Shown here: positions 8,867 to 19,250 of the stretch, in pieces
Numbering within the stretch: position 1 is the stretch's first letter
Layout of the letters: each line of letters opens with the position of its first letter
Assembly (NCBI GenBank): GCA_963733095.1
Contig: CAVTBV010000010.1
Span: 21,358 to 85,357 of the forward strand
Length of the DNA: 64,000 nt
DNA from: Candidatus Bathyarchaeota archaeon
GTDB lineage: Archaea; Thermoproteota; Bathyarchaeia; Bathyarchaeales; Bathycorpusculaceae
Reading direction: 5' to 3'
Notes under the pieces: generated by a model
Databases searched by the model: none
What the model was told of the DNA's origin: nothing
What the model saw: only the letters and a program-made list of their open reading frames with translations
Position numbers and translations under genes: made by a program

Positions 8867-11243
8867 TTATTTCACCTGCTATTTGTTTTTTGAGTGCTTC
8901 TCGCTTTTCTGGTTTTATAGGTCCCATCTTTTTGATGCGTTCAACAAAGGAGTCGAACAGGGCAAAAATTTTCTCATACTGTGGGAGAGTGGTGGTGATT
9001 GACTGTATCCTAAGAGATTCAACTCCAGCTTTGGTGAGTTCCTTTTTCATCTGGATGACACGTTCTCGCAATTTGTCTTCTTTGAATAGGCTGTCGTCGC
9101 CCTCTATGAGGAGCACACCGTCCGCGCCATTGGCAAAAGCATGAAGCAGATGTTTCGAGCCTAAACGCCCTGCACTTGGAACGCCTATAAGTCGCATTTC
9201 AGTGGGGTAAGGTCGCCTGTTTTGTCCACCTAAGTCTGCAGCACCATAAGCTGTCTTTTTCTCGATAAATGCAACAATCTTTGGAGAAGATTCACCTTCA
9301 GAGCTAACCGCATCTATTTGAGCTATCAGTTGGGATTCAGTGGTATTCTTAAGGTCTATAGCGCCCTTCGGGCAGCCGGGAACGCAGACACCGCATCCTA
9401 CACAGGATATCGGGTCAATAACCAGTTTGTCCTTTTCAATTTTTATAGCTTTAATCGGACACTGGTCTACGCAAACTCCGCAGAGATCGCATTTTTCGGG
9501 AATCACATAAGCAACTTCAGGAGAAACTGAAATTTCACCTCTTCCCAAGAATGTGGCGATTTTGGATGCTGTAGCCATAGATTCCATTGTAGTTTCTCGA
9601 ATGTCTTTTGGACCCTGAGCTGTACCAGCGATAAAGATTCCTTCACGCTTGGTTTCAACACCTCTTAGTTTATGGTGAACTTCCAAGAAGAAGTTGTCAG
9701 GTCCAAGGTCAATACCAAGCATCTCACTTAGCTCTTTTGTTCCAGTGGGTGGAATTAATGCTGGACTTAGAACTACTAAGTCGAAGTTTTCTTCGATTTG
9801 TTTTCCGAGAATTGTGTCTTCTGCTCTAACTGTTAGTTGATTGCCGTTTGGGATTACTTCAGCTACTCGTCCTCTGACGAAAACCACGTTGTGCTCTCGG
9901 GCTTTGGCGTAGAATTCTTCGTAGCCTTTGCCATGCGCTCGCAAATCTGTGTAGAAAATCCATGATTCTGCGCCTGGAATTGACTTGTCAACCAGCAAAG
10001 AATGCTTTACGGCGTTCATGCATCCTATCTTACAGCAGTAGGGGACTCCGTTTTCGGTTGTTTGGCGGCTTCCAACACATAGTAGGAAAGCCACTTTCTT
10101 TGGCACTTCGCCGTTTGACGGCTTGTGGAGACCTTGCAGCATGAGCCTTTCAAACTGGATGCTCGTTACAACATCTGGATGGAGACCGTAGCTGTAGTTG
10201 CTGAATACTTTGGGGTCAACCATGTTGTAACCCGTGCTGACAACCATGCTGCCGACTTTGAGGTCTATGAATTCATCTTTTTGATTAAAGTCGATTGCGT
10301 TGCCTTTACAGAATTTTTCGCAAATACGGCATACTCCGCGGGTATGGTAGAGGCAGTATTCTTTGTCGATGACGTATGCGTTGGGGATAGCTTGCTTGAA
10401 TGGGATGTAAATGGCTTTCTCCTGCAGCAACCCTTCTTCGTATTTGCTTGGTTTCTTAACTGGACATTTATTAGCACATTCTCCGCAAGCTGTGCATTTT
10501 CCAAGAATTACGTTCCGCGGGGCGATCTTGATTTTTACTTCATAATTTCCAGGTGTACCCTTTAAACCGACAACTTGAGCGTTAGTGTACACTTTGATGT
10601 TAGGATGTTGAGCTACGGACACCATTTTCGGCGTCAAAATACATGCGGAACAGTCGAATGTTGGAAAAGTCTTGCTAAGTTGAGACATTCGACCACCGAT
10701 ACTTGGGTTTCTCTCTACAAGGTAAACTTTATAGCCTTTATCCGCGAGTTCCAACGCAGAGTAGATTCCAGCGATGCCGCCGCCGATTACCAGAGCGCTT
10801 TCATTAACCTTCATACTTTTAGGAGTTAGGGGCTCTAGGTGTTTTGCTCGAGCCACGGCACCCTCTACGAGGGCTATGGCTTTGCTTGTAGCTTTTTCTT
10901 TATCGTTGTGAACCCAACTGCAGTGCTCCCTGAGGTTTACCATGTCAAGGAGATATGGGTTGAGTCCAACTGACTTTACCGCCTGTCTAAAAGTGTCCAA
11001 ATGCATTCTTGGGGAACAAGAAGCCACGATTACGCGGTTAAGTTTATGTTCCTTTATCGCGTTTTTTATGGTGTCTTGGCCAGGATTACTGCAAACGTAC
11101 TCTAATGTCTCAGCAACTTGAGTGTCATCAAGAGACTTTACGGCTTGTTTGACACGAGCAACATCAACGGTATCGCTGATGTTTCCTCCACAATGACAAA
11201 TGAATACGCCAATTCGAGGCTTTTCTGACATTTCTGCACCCAT
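8856..11243 (-). CDS. hdrA: heterodisulfide reductase subunit A with C-terminal fused, Cys-less MvhD-like domain
   Basis: RIGVFICHCGGNI, GGGIAG FAD motif, FPTFDCSAC, CVGSR..YCCKIGCM, several ferredoxin motifs; AYGAAD..GR..AFANGADGVL tail. Confidence 0.93.
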   Translation of the reverse strand: MGAEMSEKPRIGVFICHCGGNISDTVDVARVKQAVKSLDDTQVAETLEYVCSNPGQDTIKNAIKEHKLNRVIVASCSPRMHLDTFRQAVKSVGLNPYLLDMVNLREHCSWVHNDKEKATSKAIALVEGAVARAKHLEPLTPKSMKVNESALVIGGGIAGIYSALELADKGYKVYLVERNPSIGGRMSQLSKTFPTFDCSACILTPKMVSVAQHPNIKVYTNAQVVGLKGTPGNYEVKIKIAPRNVILGKCTACGECANKCPVKKPSKYEEGLLQEKAIYIPFKQAIPNAYVIDKEYCLYHTRGVCRICEKFCKGNAIDFNQKDEFIDLKVGSMVVSTGYNMVDPKVFSNYSYGLHPDVVTSIQFERLMLQGLHKPSNGEVPKKVAFLLCVGSRQTTENGVPYCCKIGCMNAVKHSLLVDKSIPGAESWIFYTDLRAHGKGYEEFYAKAREHNVVFVRGRVAEVIPNGNQLTVRAEDTILGKQIEENFDLVVLSPALIPPTGTKELSEMLGIDLGPDNFFLEVHHKLRGVETKREGIFIAGTAQGPKDIRETTMESMATASKIATFLGRGEISVSPEVAYVIPEKCDLCGVCVDQCPIKAIKIEKDKLVIDPISCVGCGVCVPGCPKGAIDLKNTTESQLIAQIDAVSSEGESSPKIVAFIEKKTAYGAADLGGQNRRPYPTEMRLIGVPSAGRLGSKHLLHAFANGADGVLLIEGDDSLFKEDKLRERVIQMKKELTKAGVESLRIQSITTTLPQYEKIFALFDSFVERIKKMGPIKPEKREALKKQIAGEIIAK

Positions 11244-11510
11244 GAATTGATTTATTTTGGAGAATCACTGATTGGTCAAAATACATTTAGCTACTTAAAA
11301 AGATTACTTGGATAATTATCATTTTTAACATATTTATTGGAGCATCATAAACACTAAAGATAGACGCGCGCACTAAATGCACGGAGTGAATTCTTTTGTC
11401 ATACAGTTAGGTATACTAAGATGTGGCGATGTTTCTTAATTTGGCGGAAGTTCAAGAAATAGAGCCAAAACTTTTTCTGCAACAAAGGCAATTCTTCTCT
11501 GGCGTCTTGA

Positions 11511-12731
11511 ATGGCTAAATGGGCACATGAAATAATTCTTGAAAACATACCCCCATTTAGTTGGTTACCCAGAGGTTATAATGTTCTCCTGCAACTGATT
11601 CTGATGGAGATAGGGGGCACTTTACTAGCGCTCTTTCTGAATTTGCCTACACAATCCATTATTTTCGGTTCATTGGCTATATTTATAGTATCCATCTGGA
11701 GTTTTCTGATTTACCACATAGGCGTAACCATACACAAAATGGAACCACCTTCCGCGCCTTTAGAAAAGAAAGTGGTCAAAAACTACCAAGAGACTCTTTT
11801 TAACCCCCGTCACTATGAATTGTATCTTGGATTTGCCGTTTTTGGTTTTCTTATCTTCTACCTTGTCTTCTTTGGTCAGCACCTTGTTAGTTATTGGCTA
11901 GGTGGAAAAGTTTCGCCAGCGCCCCTATTACTGATAGGCCTTGTCCTTTGGGATTTGTCATATCGTTTGGGTGTGGGCTTGTGGTCTGCCGCAATCGCTT
12001 TTAGACGCTCAATAAATTTTTTATTTGTTTATGAAACTCGCCCGAAAATGCGTTACACAGCCTATAGAGAACTGAACATTCTCAAAAAAATGGATAAAAT
12101 AAATTTTGTCTTCGGACTTGTTACTCTATTACTGTATCCTTTATTCAGTTTCGACTTACTCCTCTTCACAATACTCTTAATCTATTCAGGGGGGATCCTG
12201 TTTTTTTCAGCCGCGTCCCTGACGGCGATGGAACGTATTCACGGATTTCCACGAGAAGCCATTTGGCTTTTGGAGGAAGGTAAAGTGGCTTATATTGGAA
12301 CATCCGATAAGAAGATGCAACCTCAATTAACGCCAGTAATCTTCGTTTTCGTTGGCAACTCACTATTCTTCATAACATCAAAAATTTCAAAGAAACTAAA
12401 AAATATACATGAAAACGACAAAATCGCGTTCCTCGTTGATTTCCGCGACGAGAAGAATTTATACAATAACCGTGCAGTCTTGTTTACGGGAAAAGCAAAA
12501 GTCTACGGGATTTTCGACGCGGTGGTAAATGTCATTAAGTTAGTAAGGACTAGAAGGGCTTTTTTTGACAAATATCCCGAGTATATGAATGAATACAAGA
12601 AGGAGGAGCGCAATCTACCTCTTGCTTGGAGAACTACCTTATTTGTAAGCCGAATACTCGTAGAGATGCAAACGGAAAAAATCGTGTATTGGCGGGAAGC
12701 AAGAGCAATGAAGCTTCCTTTGGGTGAATGA
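11511..12731 (+). CDS. multi-TM membrane domain fused to a pyridoxamine 5'-phosphate oxidase-like split-barrel domain
   Basis: ~6 hydrophobic helices, then AYIGTSDKKMQPQLTPVIF..SKKLKNIHENDKIAFLVD. Confidence 0.7.
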   Translation: MAKWAHEIILENIPPFSWLPRGYNVLLQLILMEIGGTLLALFLNLPTQSIIFGSLAIFIVSIWSFLIYHIGVTIHKMEPPSAPLEKKVVKNYQETLFNPRHYELYLGFAVFGFLIFYLVFFGQHLVSYWLGGKVSPAPLLLIGLVLWDLSYRLGVGLWSAAIAFRRSINFLFVYETRPKMRYTAYRELNILKKMDKINFVFGLVTLLLYPLFSFDLLLFTILLIYSGGILFFSAASLTAMERIHGFPREAIWLLEEGKVAYIGTSDKKMQPQLTPVIFVFVGNSLFFITSKISKKLKNIHENDKIAFLVDFRDEKNLYNNRAVLFTGKAKVYGIFDAVVNVIKLVRTRRAFFDKYPEYMNEYKKEERNLPLAWRTTLFVSRILVEMQTEKIVYWREARAMKLPLGE

Positions 12732-13311
12732 CATGGAAAAATCAAAGCTCCCCCCTGAAATGATTGATGTCCTTACAACCAGTCAATTTGCTTATATATG
12801 CACAACCGACCAAGAAAACCAACCGCATATTACCCCGATGTTCTTTGTTTTCGACAACAAAACCAACGATATCTTTATCACGGCTTCATCTAACTCGAAG
12901 AAAATGCGCAACATCAGGTTTAATCCAAAAATCGCCCTGACGATAGATATCAGAGACCCAGTGAACCCCTTCAACAACCAGGGAGTGATGGTTCAGGGCG
13001 AAGCTATTATTGAAAAAACTGAGGTAGCAACTGATAAAGAAATACCTTATGTCTCCATGTACTTTGGGTACAAACCGTTTGTTGAAACTGAGCTTAGAAC
13101 TGAAGACGAGAAATTTTCTCAAGCATCTAAAGCCTTCTTGGAGAAATACCCTGTTCTCCAAGAAGCCCAATCTCCTGTGATTGTTGAAGCAAAAAAGTTT
13201 TCCGAGAACCTGATAAGAATTGTGCCGAAAAAGATTGTATTCTGGAGGGGCCCAAACTTCGTAACGGTCAATTTCAATAAACAGAAAAAACCTCCGCCTA
13301 GTTTTACTTAA
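12724..13311 (+). CDS. pyridoxamine 5'-phosphate oxidase-like (FMN/F420 split-barrel) protein
   Basis: AYICTTDQENQPHITPMFF..SKKMRNIRFNPKIALTID. Confidence 0.8.
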   Translation: MNDMEKSKLPPEMIDVLTTSQFAYICTTDQENQPHITPMFFVFDNKTNDIFITASSNSKKMRNIRFNPKIALTIDIRDPVNPFNNQGVMVQGEAIIEKTEVATDKEIPYVSMYFGYKPFVETELRTEDEKFSQASKAFLEKYPVLQEAQSPVIVEAKKFSENLIRIVPKKIVFWRGPNFVTVNFNKQKKPPPSFT

Positions 13312-13375
13312 CAAATGACCTCTGTATTTACGCCTAAATAAAAAAAGGTTTTCGAACAGTTGATTAATACATTTT

Positions 13376-14821
13376 TTAAACCGTCAATGCTTGAGCGATA
13401 ATAGGAGCAACACCAAGACCGAGAATTATTGTTAATGAAACTGCGATTATTATAGCGATTATTTCTAGGTCTTTAATGCTTTCTTTCGCGGGTATGTTCT
13501 CATTTTGAGTCCCAGTAAGGAATATTGATCTTATTATTTGACCATAGTAGCCAACTGATATTCCAGTGTTGATAATTGCTATGAGCGTGAGCCAAGGTGC
13601 AATTTGTATTGTGGAAATAAAGAGGTAGAGGAACTTGCTCCAGAAACCCAGCAATGGAGGCATACCGATCAAGCTGAGAAGAAGAATAGTTATGCCAATG
13701 GATAAAACTGGCATTTTTCTCCAAAGTCCGCCAATACTATTCAGGTCTGTTTGCATTCCTTTTCCCGATATATAAGCTAATGCAATGAAAATTCCGGAAG
13801 TAGCTAAAACATACATAGTGAGGTGGAGAGCTATTCCTTGAACACCGATTGCTGCTCCCGCCCCGCTTGTTGCTGCTGTGAAGCCAACTAAAATGTAGCC
13901 AATTTGTGCTATACTACTGTAAGCCATTATTCTTTGAACGTTTCGTTGGATTAGCGCTGCTATATTGCCAAATGTCATAGTAACTATTGAGAGAATAGAA
14001 AAGAGAATGAGCCATTTATCGCCTAAGGCTAATGCGAAGGGATAAAGAATACGGAAAAGCGCCAGTACGCCAGCCACTTTTAATACAGTTGAAACAAAAG
14101 AAATAGTGATAGAGTTTACGCCGCCGTAGACATCAGGCAGCCAGCCGTGGAAGGGCACGATCCCAATTTTGAAGCCTATACCCACTATTATCATAATAAT
14201 AGCAATTATGGTTAAGGGTAAGTTTGCAGAAGTAGCTACTTGAGCCATGGTAGCAAGGTCGGTTGTGGTACCTGTTAACCCGATTAGGAGGAAGACACCG
14301 AACATCAGAAAAACTGAAGCTGTTACCCCCATAAGCGCATATTTGCTCGCTCCTTCAAGCGCTGCTTCATCCTTCTTTATTGCGACAAGTGCATAAGCAC
14401 CAACAGAGATGAGAGCCCAGCCTGCCAAAAGGAGGACCAAGTCGTTTACTGAGATTATATAGTAAACGCCCGCCGTTATTATTAGCAGTAATGAGAAGAA
14501 GCTGGGAGCTGTCGTCCAACCTTTGGTTTGCGTAAAAGAAGCGAGATTAACTATGAAGGATACAACACTTACTACAAGGAAGAGGAAGGCGCCGTAACTG
14601 TCAATTTTGAGTGCGCCGTTATAGATGAGTGATGAGCCTTGGTTTAGAGTTAAATACAGCAAGATAGCAGAAAGAATAATAGCTACCAGTGTTGCTGCTA
14701 TGCTAGCATATTTGCTGAGTTTTACTTTTAATCCATAGTCTATGGTTGGAACTACTAATCCAACTCCGATTAACGTAACTCCAAGAAAATCGACAATAGC
14801 TTCGATGGCAGTCATTGGCAT
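13376..14821 (-). CDS. nuoN: complex I-like subunit N
   Basis: EGASKY, GFKIGIVPFHGWLPDVY, RIMAYSSIAQ, GMPPLLGF. Confidence 0.9.
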   Translation of the reverse strand: MPMTAIEAIVDFLGVTLIGVGLVVPTIDYGLKVKLSKYASIAATLVAIILSAILLYLTLNQGSSLIYNGALKIDSYGAFLFLVVSVVSFIVNLASFTQTKGWTTAPSFFSLLLIITAGVYYIISVNDLVLLLAGWALISVGAYALVAIKKDEAALEGASKYALMGVTASVFLMFGVFLLIGLTGTTTDLATMAQVATSANLPLTIIAIIMIIVGIGFKIGIVPFHGWLPDVYGGVNSITISFVSTVLKVAGVLALFRILYPFALALGDKWLILFSILSIVTMTFGNIAALIQRNVQRIMAYSSIAQIGYILVGFTAATSGAGAAIGVQGIALHLTMYVLATSGIFIALAYISGKGMQTDLNSIGGLWRKMPVLSIGITILLLSLIGMPPLLGFWSKFLYLFISTIQIAPWLTLIAIINTGISVGYYGQIIRSIFLTGTQNENIPAKESIKDLEIIAIIIAVSLTIILGLGVAPIIAQALTV

Positions 14822-16879
14822 CTAAAGTATCCCCCACAAAAATATAATTAGTAATATCACGAAACCGATTACCAAAGACAGAAGGTAATGGTTGATTTTT
14901 CCTGACTGGATTTTTCTGAAAGAGTTAGAAAGTTTTAGTGCCACTGTTACTGTAGCTTGGTTGTAGAAGCGGTCTATTCCGCCTGTTTCGAAGAATTTGA
15001 AGGTTCCTTGATATAGCTTACTTCCGCCGTTGACAAATATTTTGTAGTAGATCGCTTGGATATACCAACGGTCGTATAAGAAGCCATGAATCGCCTTGAA
15101 TCCTTTGTTGACTGATAGCTGTTTTGCTATGACGGTTTGATAGTTTGGTTTGCCGTATAGTAGATAAGCTAATCCCAAGCCCAGCGCAAGGAGTGATAAG
15201 GATAAGCCGGTGCTTAACGGGTCAAGGGTTACCGTGAACGATGACGATATATTCGTCAAGCCGAGTACGCTTCTGGTTAGTGCTGAGTAGAAGTCGCCTC
15301 CAATAAATACCCAAAAGAGGCCTAAAACTACGGTAGCTATTGTTAGAATGAAGTATGGAGCAAGCATCCTCATGGTTGTCTTATGTAACTTATGGTTTCC
15401 TGCCAATTCGGTTACATTCGCAGAGGGCTGGGTTTGGAAAGTTCGAAATACCATTCGAGCTGAATAGAAAGCTGTTATTGCTACAGTAGACACTGCGAGA
15501 GCTATTGGAATGACAAGGCCAGTCTGGAAAACACTTACAATCACACTGTCTTTAGTCCAGAAACCCAGTAGGGGTGGTAAACCAGCCAAGCTAAGAGCTG
15601 AGATTAACATGGCAATAAACGTGTACTTCATGTATTTTGACAAGCCACCCATGTCAGTTATGAATCTTGAGCCTACACCATGAATAACTGCTCCAGCGGC
15701 GAGAAAGAGAGCTGCCTTAAAGATTGCATGGCTCATAAGTTGGTTAAAACTCGCTATGAAGCCAGTTGTAAAGTTAGGGATAAGCCCTGCAGCGCCAATT
15801 GCCACGAACATGTATCCAAGCTGGGAGGCTGTTGAAAAAGCCAGAATCAGCTTTAACTCTTTTGCCACGATTGCTTGTGTTGCCATCAAGAAGGCAGTGA
15901 AAGCACCAATGTAAACAACTATTGTGAAGAATATGATAACGCTTGAAGCTGAGAGAGGCATGGTGGCATTTAATATTTGAAAGACGATGAAGAAGATAGG
16001 CATGAATCTAAGCATAAAGAAAACCCCTGCTTTGACCATTGTCGCTGCATGAATTAAAGCACTAACAGGTGTTGGACCAGTCATGGCTGTTACAAGCCAC
16101 TCATGGAATGGAAACTGTGCACTCTTAGCAAAAGCTCCTAAACTAAAGAACATTAAAAATGGTAGCAGAAAACCACGCAAAGCCATAGTTGTGCCCCATG
16201 CAGCTGCGTTAGTGGCCATATCTGGAATGCTCAGGGAGTGCGTAAGAGCATATATTAGGGCTATTCCAGCAATGAACCCGACATCGCCTATGCGAGTAAA
16301 GATTAACGCTCGAACACCGCTGTGGCTTGGTGCGAACTCCATTGAAGTGCCCATTGCTTTTCGGCCCGGGTCACCTACCCAATCTTTCTTTTTGTCGGTA
16401 AACCAGTGTCCAATTAGCGCATAAGAAGCAAAACCAGTGCCTTCCCAGCCGATGAATGTTAGCAATAAGTTGCTTGACATTACGATAAGTAACATGCTGC
16501 CTGTGAAGAAAGTGAAGAAGAGCCAATACCTGCTTAATCCTGAATCATCTTGCATGTATTTGGTGCTGTAAACGGAAATCAAGAAGCACAGCCAACTTAC
16601 AAGGACTGCCATGAAGGCAGCCAGACTGTCAATATACAATCCGAAGTTAACACCTATCGCAGGAATCCAAGGAACGGAGAACTGGACAATACCGCTACTG
16701 CTCTGCAAGACAAGTACTAGTAGAACCGTTGAGGCAATCGCTGATACAAAAAGCGAACCAACGGATACCAGATTTCTTAGCTTATTTTTGTTCAGTATTA
16801 GTGACAGGAAAAGTATGATGGCGGTCCCTACGAAAGGTGCTGCCCACGTTGCGTTAGCCGCTATTTCGTTTAAGCTCAT
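14822..16879 (-). CDS. nuoL: complex I-like subunit L
   Basis: FIGWEGTG, AKSAQFPFHEWL..AMTGPTPVSALIHAATMVKAG, long C-terminal lateral helix region. Confidence 0.93.
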   Translation of the reverse strand: MSLNEIAANATWAAPFVGTAIILFLSLILNKNKLRNLVSVGSLFVSAIASTVLLVLVLQSSSGIVQFSVPWIPAIGVNFGLYIDSLAAFMAVLVSWLCFLISVYSTKYMQDDSGLSRYWLFFTFFTGSMLLIVMSSNLLLTFIGWEGTGFASYALIGHWFTDKKKDWVGDPGRKAMGTSMEFAPSHSGVRALIFTRIGDVGFIAGIALIYALTHSLSIPDMATNAAAWGTTMALRGFLLPFLMFFSLGAFAKSAQFPFHEWLVTAMTGPTPVSALIHAATMVKAGVFFMLRFMPIFFIVFQILNATMPLSASSVIIFFTIVVYIGAFTAFLMATQAIVAKELKLILAFSTASQLGYMFVAIGAAGLIPNFTTGFIASFNQLMSHAIFKAALFLAAGAVIHGVGSRFITDMGGLSKYMKYTFIAMLISALSLAGLPPLLGFWTKDSVIVSVFQTGLVIPIALAVSTVAITAFYSARMVFRTFQTQPSANVTELAGNHKLHKTTMRMLAPYFILTIATVVLGLFWVFIGGDFYSALTRSVLGLTNISSSFTVTLDPLSTGLSLSLLALGLGLAYLLYGKPNYQTVIAKQLSVNKGFKAIHGFLYDRWYIQAIYYKIFVNGGSKLYQGTFKFFETGGIDRFYNQATVTVALKLSNSFRKIQSGKINHYLLSLVIGFVILLIIFLWGIL

Positions 16880-16880
16880 T

Positions 16881-18434
16881 TTAGATCAATCCTTGAAAGT
16901 TGCTGAAGAACTTTGTTAGAGGGTCGATGAAGATGCCTGGGAAGAAGAACAGCAAGACACCGACCACAGCAATTATTACGATCGGTATCAAGATTGCCTT
17001 ATCAATTTTAAAATTATGAATTTCTGGTTGATCAGGTGATGGTTGACCGAAGAAGATGCGTCTCATTGTGACAAAGGCATATCCAGTTGATAGCCCGATA
17101 GCAACTATCAAGCCAATAACCAGAAGTATGAAACTGACTGACCCCAGGGCTTGGGCTCTGTTTACCGCACCGAAGACAATCATGACTTCACTCCAAAATC
17201 CAAGCGACGGAGGAATACCCGTTATCTGCATGAAGCCTAGAAGCGCCAAAGCCCCTGCTATGGGTAGTTTGACTGCCAAACCCCCCATCTTGCTGATGCT
17301 TCGCAAGCCGTTGAACTTGATAATGAGAAGCCCAGCTACGGAGAATAAAATTGCCTTGCCTACTGCATGGGTTACGTACTGAAGCATGGCTCCGGACATG
17401 CCAATGGTAGTCATGCTGGCAACGCCTAAAAGTAGGTAACCCATTTGAGAGATGCTGGAGTATGCGAGCATTCTCTTAAAGTCATCCTGAGCTAGAGACA
17501 TAAGACCGCCATAGATCATGGTGATTAAAGCAAGAACCATGAGATAAACGGAAGCATCTGAGAGAACACTTGGAAACATGATAAAGACGACTCTGACAAG
17601 TGCGTATCCTCCGATTCCTATTAGACAAGGGGACAGAAGGGCTGAAACAGGTGTCGGAGATTCAGCATGGGCATAAGGTAGCCAGATGTGAACTCCAAAG
17701 ACAGCCATCTTGATGAACAGCCCAATCATTATGGCTAGAGCTGCAAAGATTAGAATGGAGCTTGGCAACATAGTCCACAGAGACGTGTTAAACGTTAAGG
17801 TTTGTACGTTAAATATGTCAAAAGTCCCTGTATAGTAACCGAAAGTTAAAGATCCAATTAGGAAGAGCAGAGCACCGACGTGAGTCCAAATGAAGTACAT
17901 GAAGGCAATTCTTTCGCGTTTTCCATACCCATAAAACATGATTAACAAAAAACTTGGAACCAAAGTTAGCTCCAAGAAGATGTAGAATTCAAGCAGATTT
18001 GTGGATAGTGTTATGCCTAGCATCGCCGCTGAGAACATTACATACAGCATGTAGTAGGTACCCCAGGAGGGTTCCTTGGAATTTTCCTTTTCCATTTCTT
18101 CAAAGCGATGCTTCATGTAAGGTACCGAGTAAAGAGAGATCATAGTAGTTACCAGAGCGATTGAAAAAGCGATAGGACCACTTAGAGCATCAAGTAACAT
18201 CGAAAATGAGCCAATGCGAGCGCTACTGAAGTAGACGGGATCTATTACGCCCACACCTAATCCTGGAGCGAATAGAGAAATGGTAACTATAACTAGCGGA
18301 TAAGCAAGCAGAAGAGTGCTTATAGTTGCCAGTGTTTTCGGCGCAACTTTTCGCCCAATTACAGGTAAGAGAAAAGCCGCTACAAGAGGAATGATAACAG
18401 CTGAAAGCAAGATTGGCTGACTTAACTCAATCAT
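16881..18434 (-). CDS. nuoM: complex I-like subunit M
   Basis: FYIFLEL, KMAVFGVHIWLPYAHAESPTPVS, KRMLAYSSISQM. Confidence 0.9.
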   Translation of the reverse strand: MIELSQPILLSAVIIPLVAAFLLPVIGRKVAPKTLATISTLLLAYPLVIVTISLFAPGLGVGVIDPVYFSSARIGSFSMLLDALSGPIAFSIALVTTMISLYSVPYMKHRFEEMEKENSKEPSWGTYYMLYVMFSAAMLGITLSTNLLEFYIFLELTLVPSFLLIMFYGYGKRERIAFMYFIWTHVGALLFLIGSLTFGYYTGTFDIFNVQTLTFNTSLWTMLPSSILIFAALAIMIGLFIKMAVFGVHIWLPYAHAESPTPVSALLSPCLIGIGGYALVRVVFIMFPSVLSDASVYLMVLALITMIYGGLMSLAQDDFKRMLAYSSISQMGYLLLGVASMTTIGMSGAMLQYVTHAVGKAILFSVAGLLIIKFNGLRSISKMGGLAVKLPIAGALALLGFMQITGIPPSLGFWSEVMIVFGAVNRAQALGSVSFILLVIGLIVAIGLSTGYAFVTMRRIFFGQPSPDQPEIHNFKIDKAILIPIVIIAVVGVLLFFFPGIFIDPLTKFFSNFQGLI

Positions 18435-18435
18435 T

Positions 18436-18741
18436 TTAGCCTTTAGACTCCTTTAGTTCATAAACATCTGAACGTCTCTTGATACGATACATCAGCAGTG
18501 CAATGGAAACTAGAATTCCTACGTCAGCAACTGCGATTCCTGTAGCGATAACGGCAACAACTTCACCAGTAGCTGGCGAAGTTGATTGAGAAGCAAGTGC
18601 AACTAGTGCTAACATTGCAGCGTTGAAGTTGATCTCTGCGGCTAGCAACATTCGCAGCATGGTTCTTTTTGATATAATCCCGTACATGCCGATAGCGAAT
18701 AAGATTGCAGATAATGTTAAGAAAAGAACAATTATGTCCAT
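18436..18741 (-). CDS. nuoK: complex I-like subunit K
   Basis: 3 TM helices, RMLLAAEINFN; position in operon. Confidence 0.88.
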   Translation of the reverse strand: MDIIVLFLTLSAILFAIGMYGIISKRTMLRMLLAAEINFNAAMLALVALASQSTSPATGEVVAVIATGIAVADVGILVSIALLMYRIKRRSDVYELKESKG

Positions 18742-19250
18742 TATTGGTCCTCCTCCTTGCGGGCTATTGTTATAGCTTCAATCAAAGTTGTAATTAGAGC
18801 CAAAGCGGCTATTAGCAGGGCGAAACCATATTTTTGAGTCAACAAGCTAGCGAGGTCCCTGAAACTAGTATACGAAAGCTGAAGCCCACTAGAAAAATGT
18901 AAGCCAAACCCTAGGGCGAGCAAGACTGCAACAAGTATTACAGAAACTAACGCAACTATGCGGACAGGAGTTTCAACTTTGGGAGCTTCCTCAAACATTG
19001 TCACTGAAAAGAGTATGAAAGTTACAGCTGCCCCGATGTAAACTGAGACAAAAAATAGTGCGATGAAGGTAAAACCAAGTAACACGAAAAGCGCTGCATT
19101 TGCCATGCCCAATATGGCTAAGAAAACGACTGAGTATGTGAGTGATTTGTGCTCAACGACTAATATTGCGGAAATGACAGCAACAGCTGCAAGGAGAAGA
19201 AATAGTACGGTACCTGCATTAATGACAAGGGCAATATCAAGTGCTATCAT
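18741..19250 (-). CDS. nuoJ: complex I-like subunit J
   Basis: 5 TM helices, VYIGAA motif. Confidence 0.85.
   Translation of the reverse strand: MIALDIALVINAGTVLFLLLAAVAVISAILVVEHKSLTYSVVFLAILGMANAALFVLLGFTFIALFFVSVYIGAAVTFILFSVTMFEEAPKVETPVRIVALVSVILVAVLLALGFGLHFSSGLQLSYTSFRDLASLLTQKYGFALLIAALALITTLIEAITIARKEEDQ

Noticed and set aside
6280-11243. Evidence of methanogenesis
   Set aside because: HdrABC and FrhB-like proteins are widespread in non-methanogens; no mcr or mtr genes in the window.
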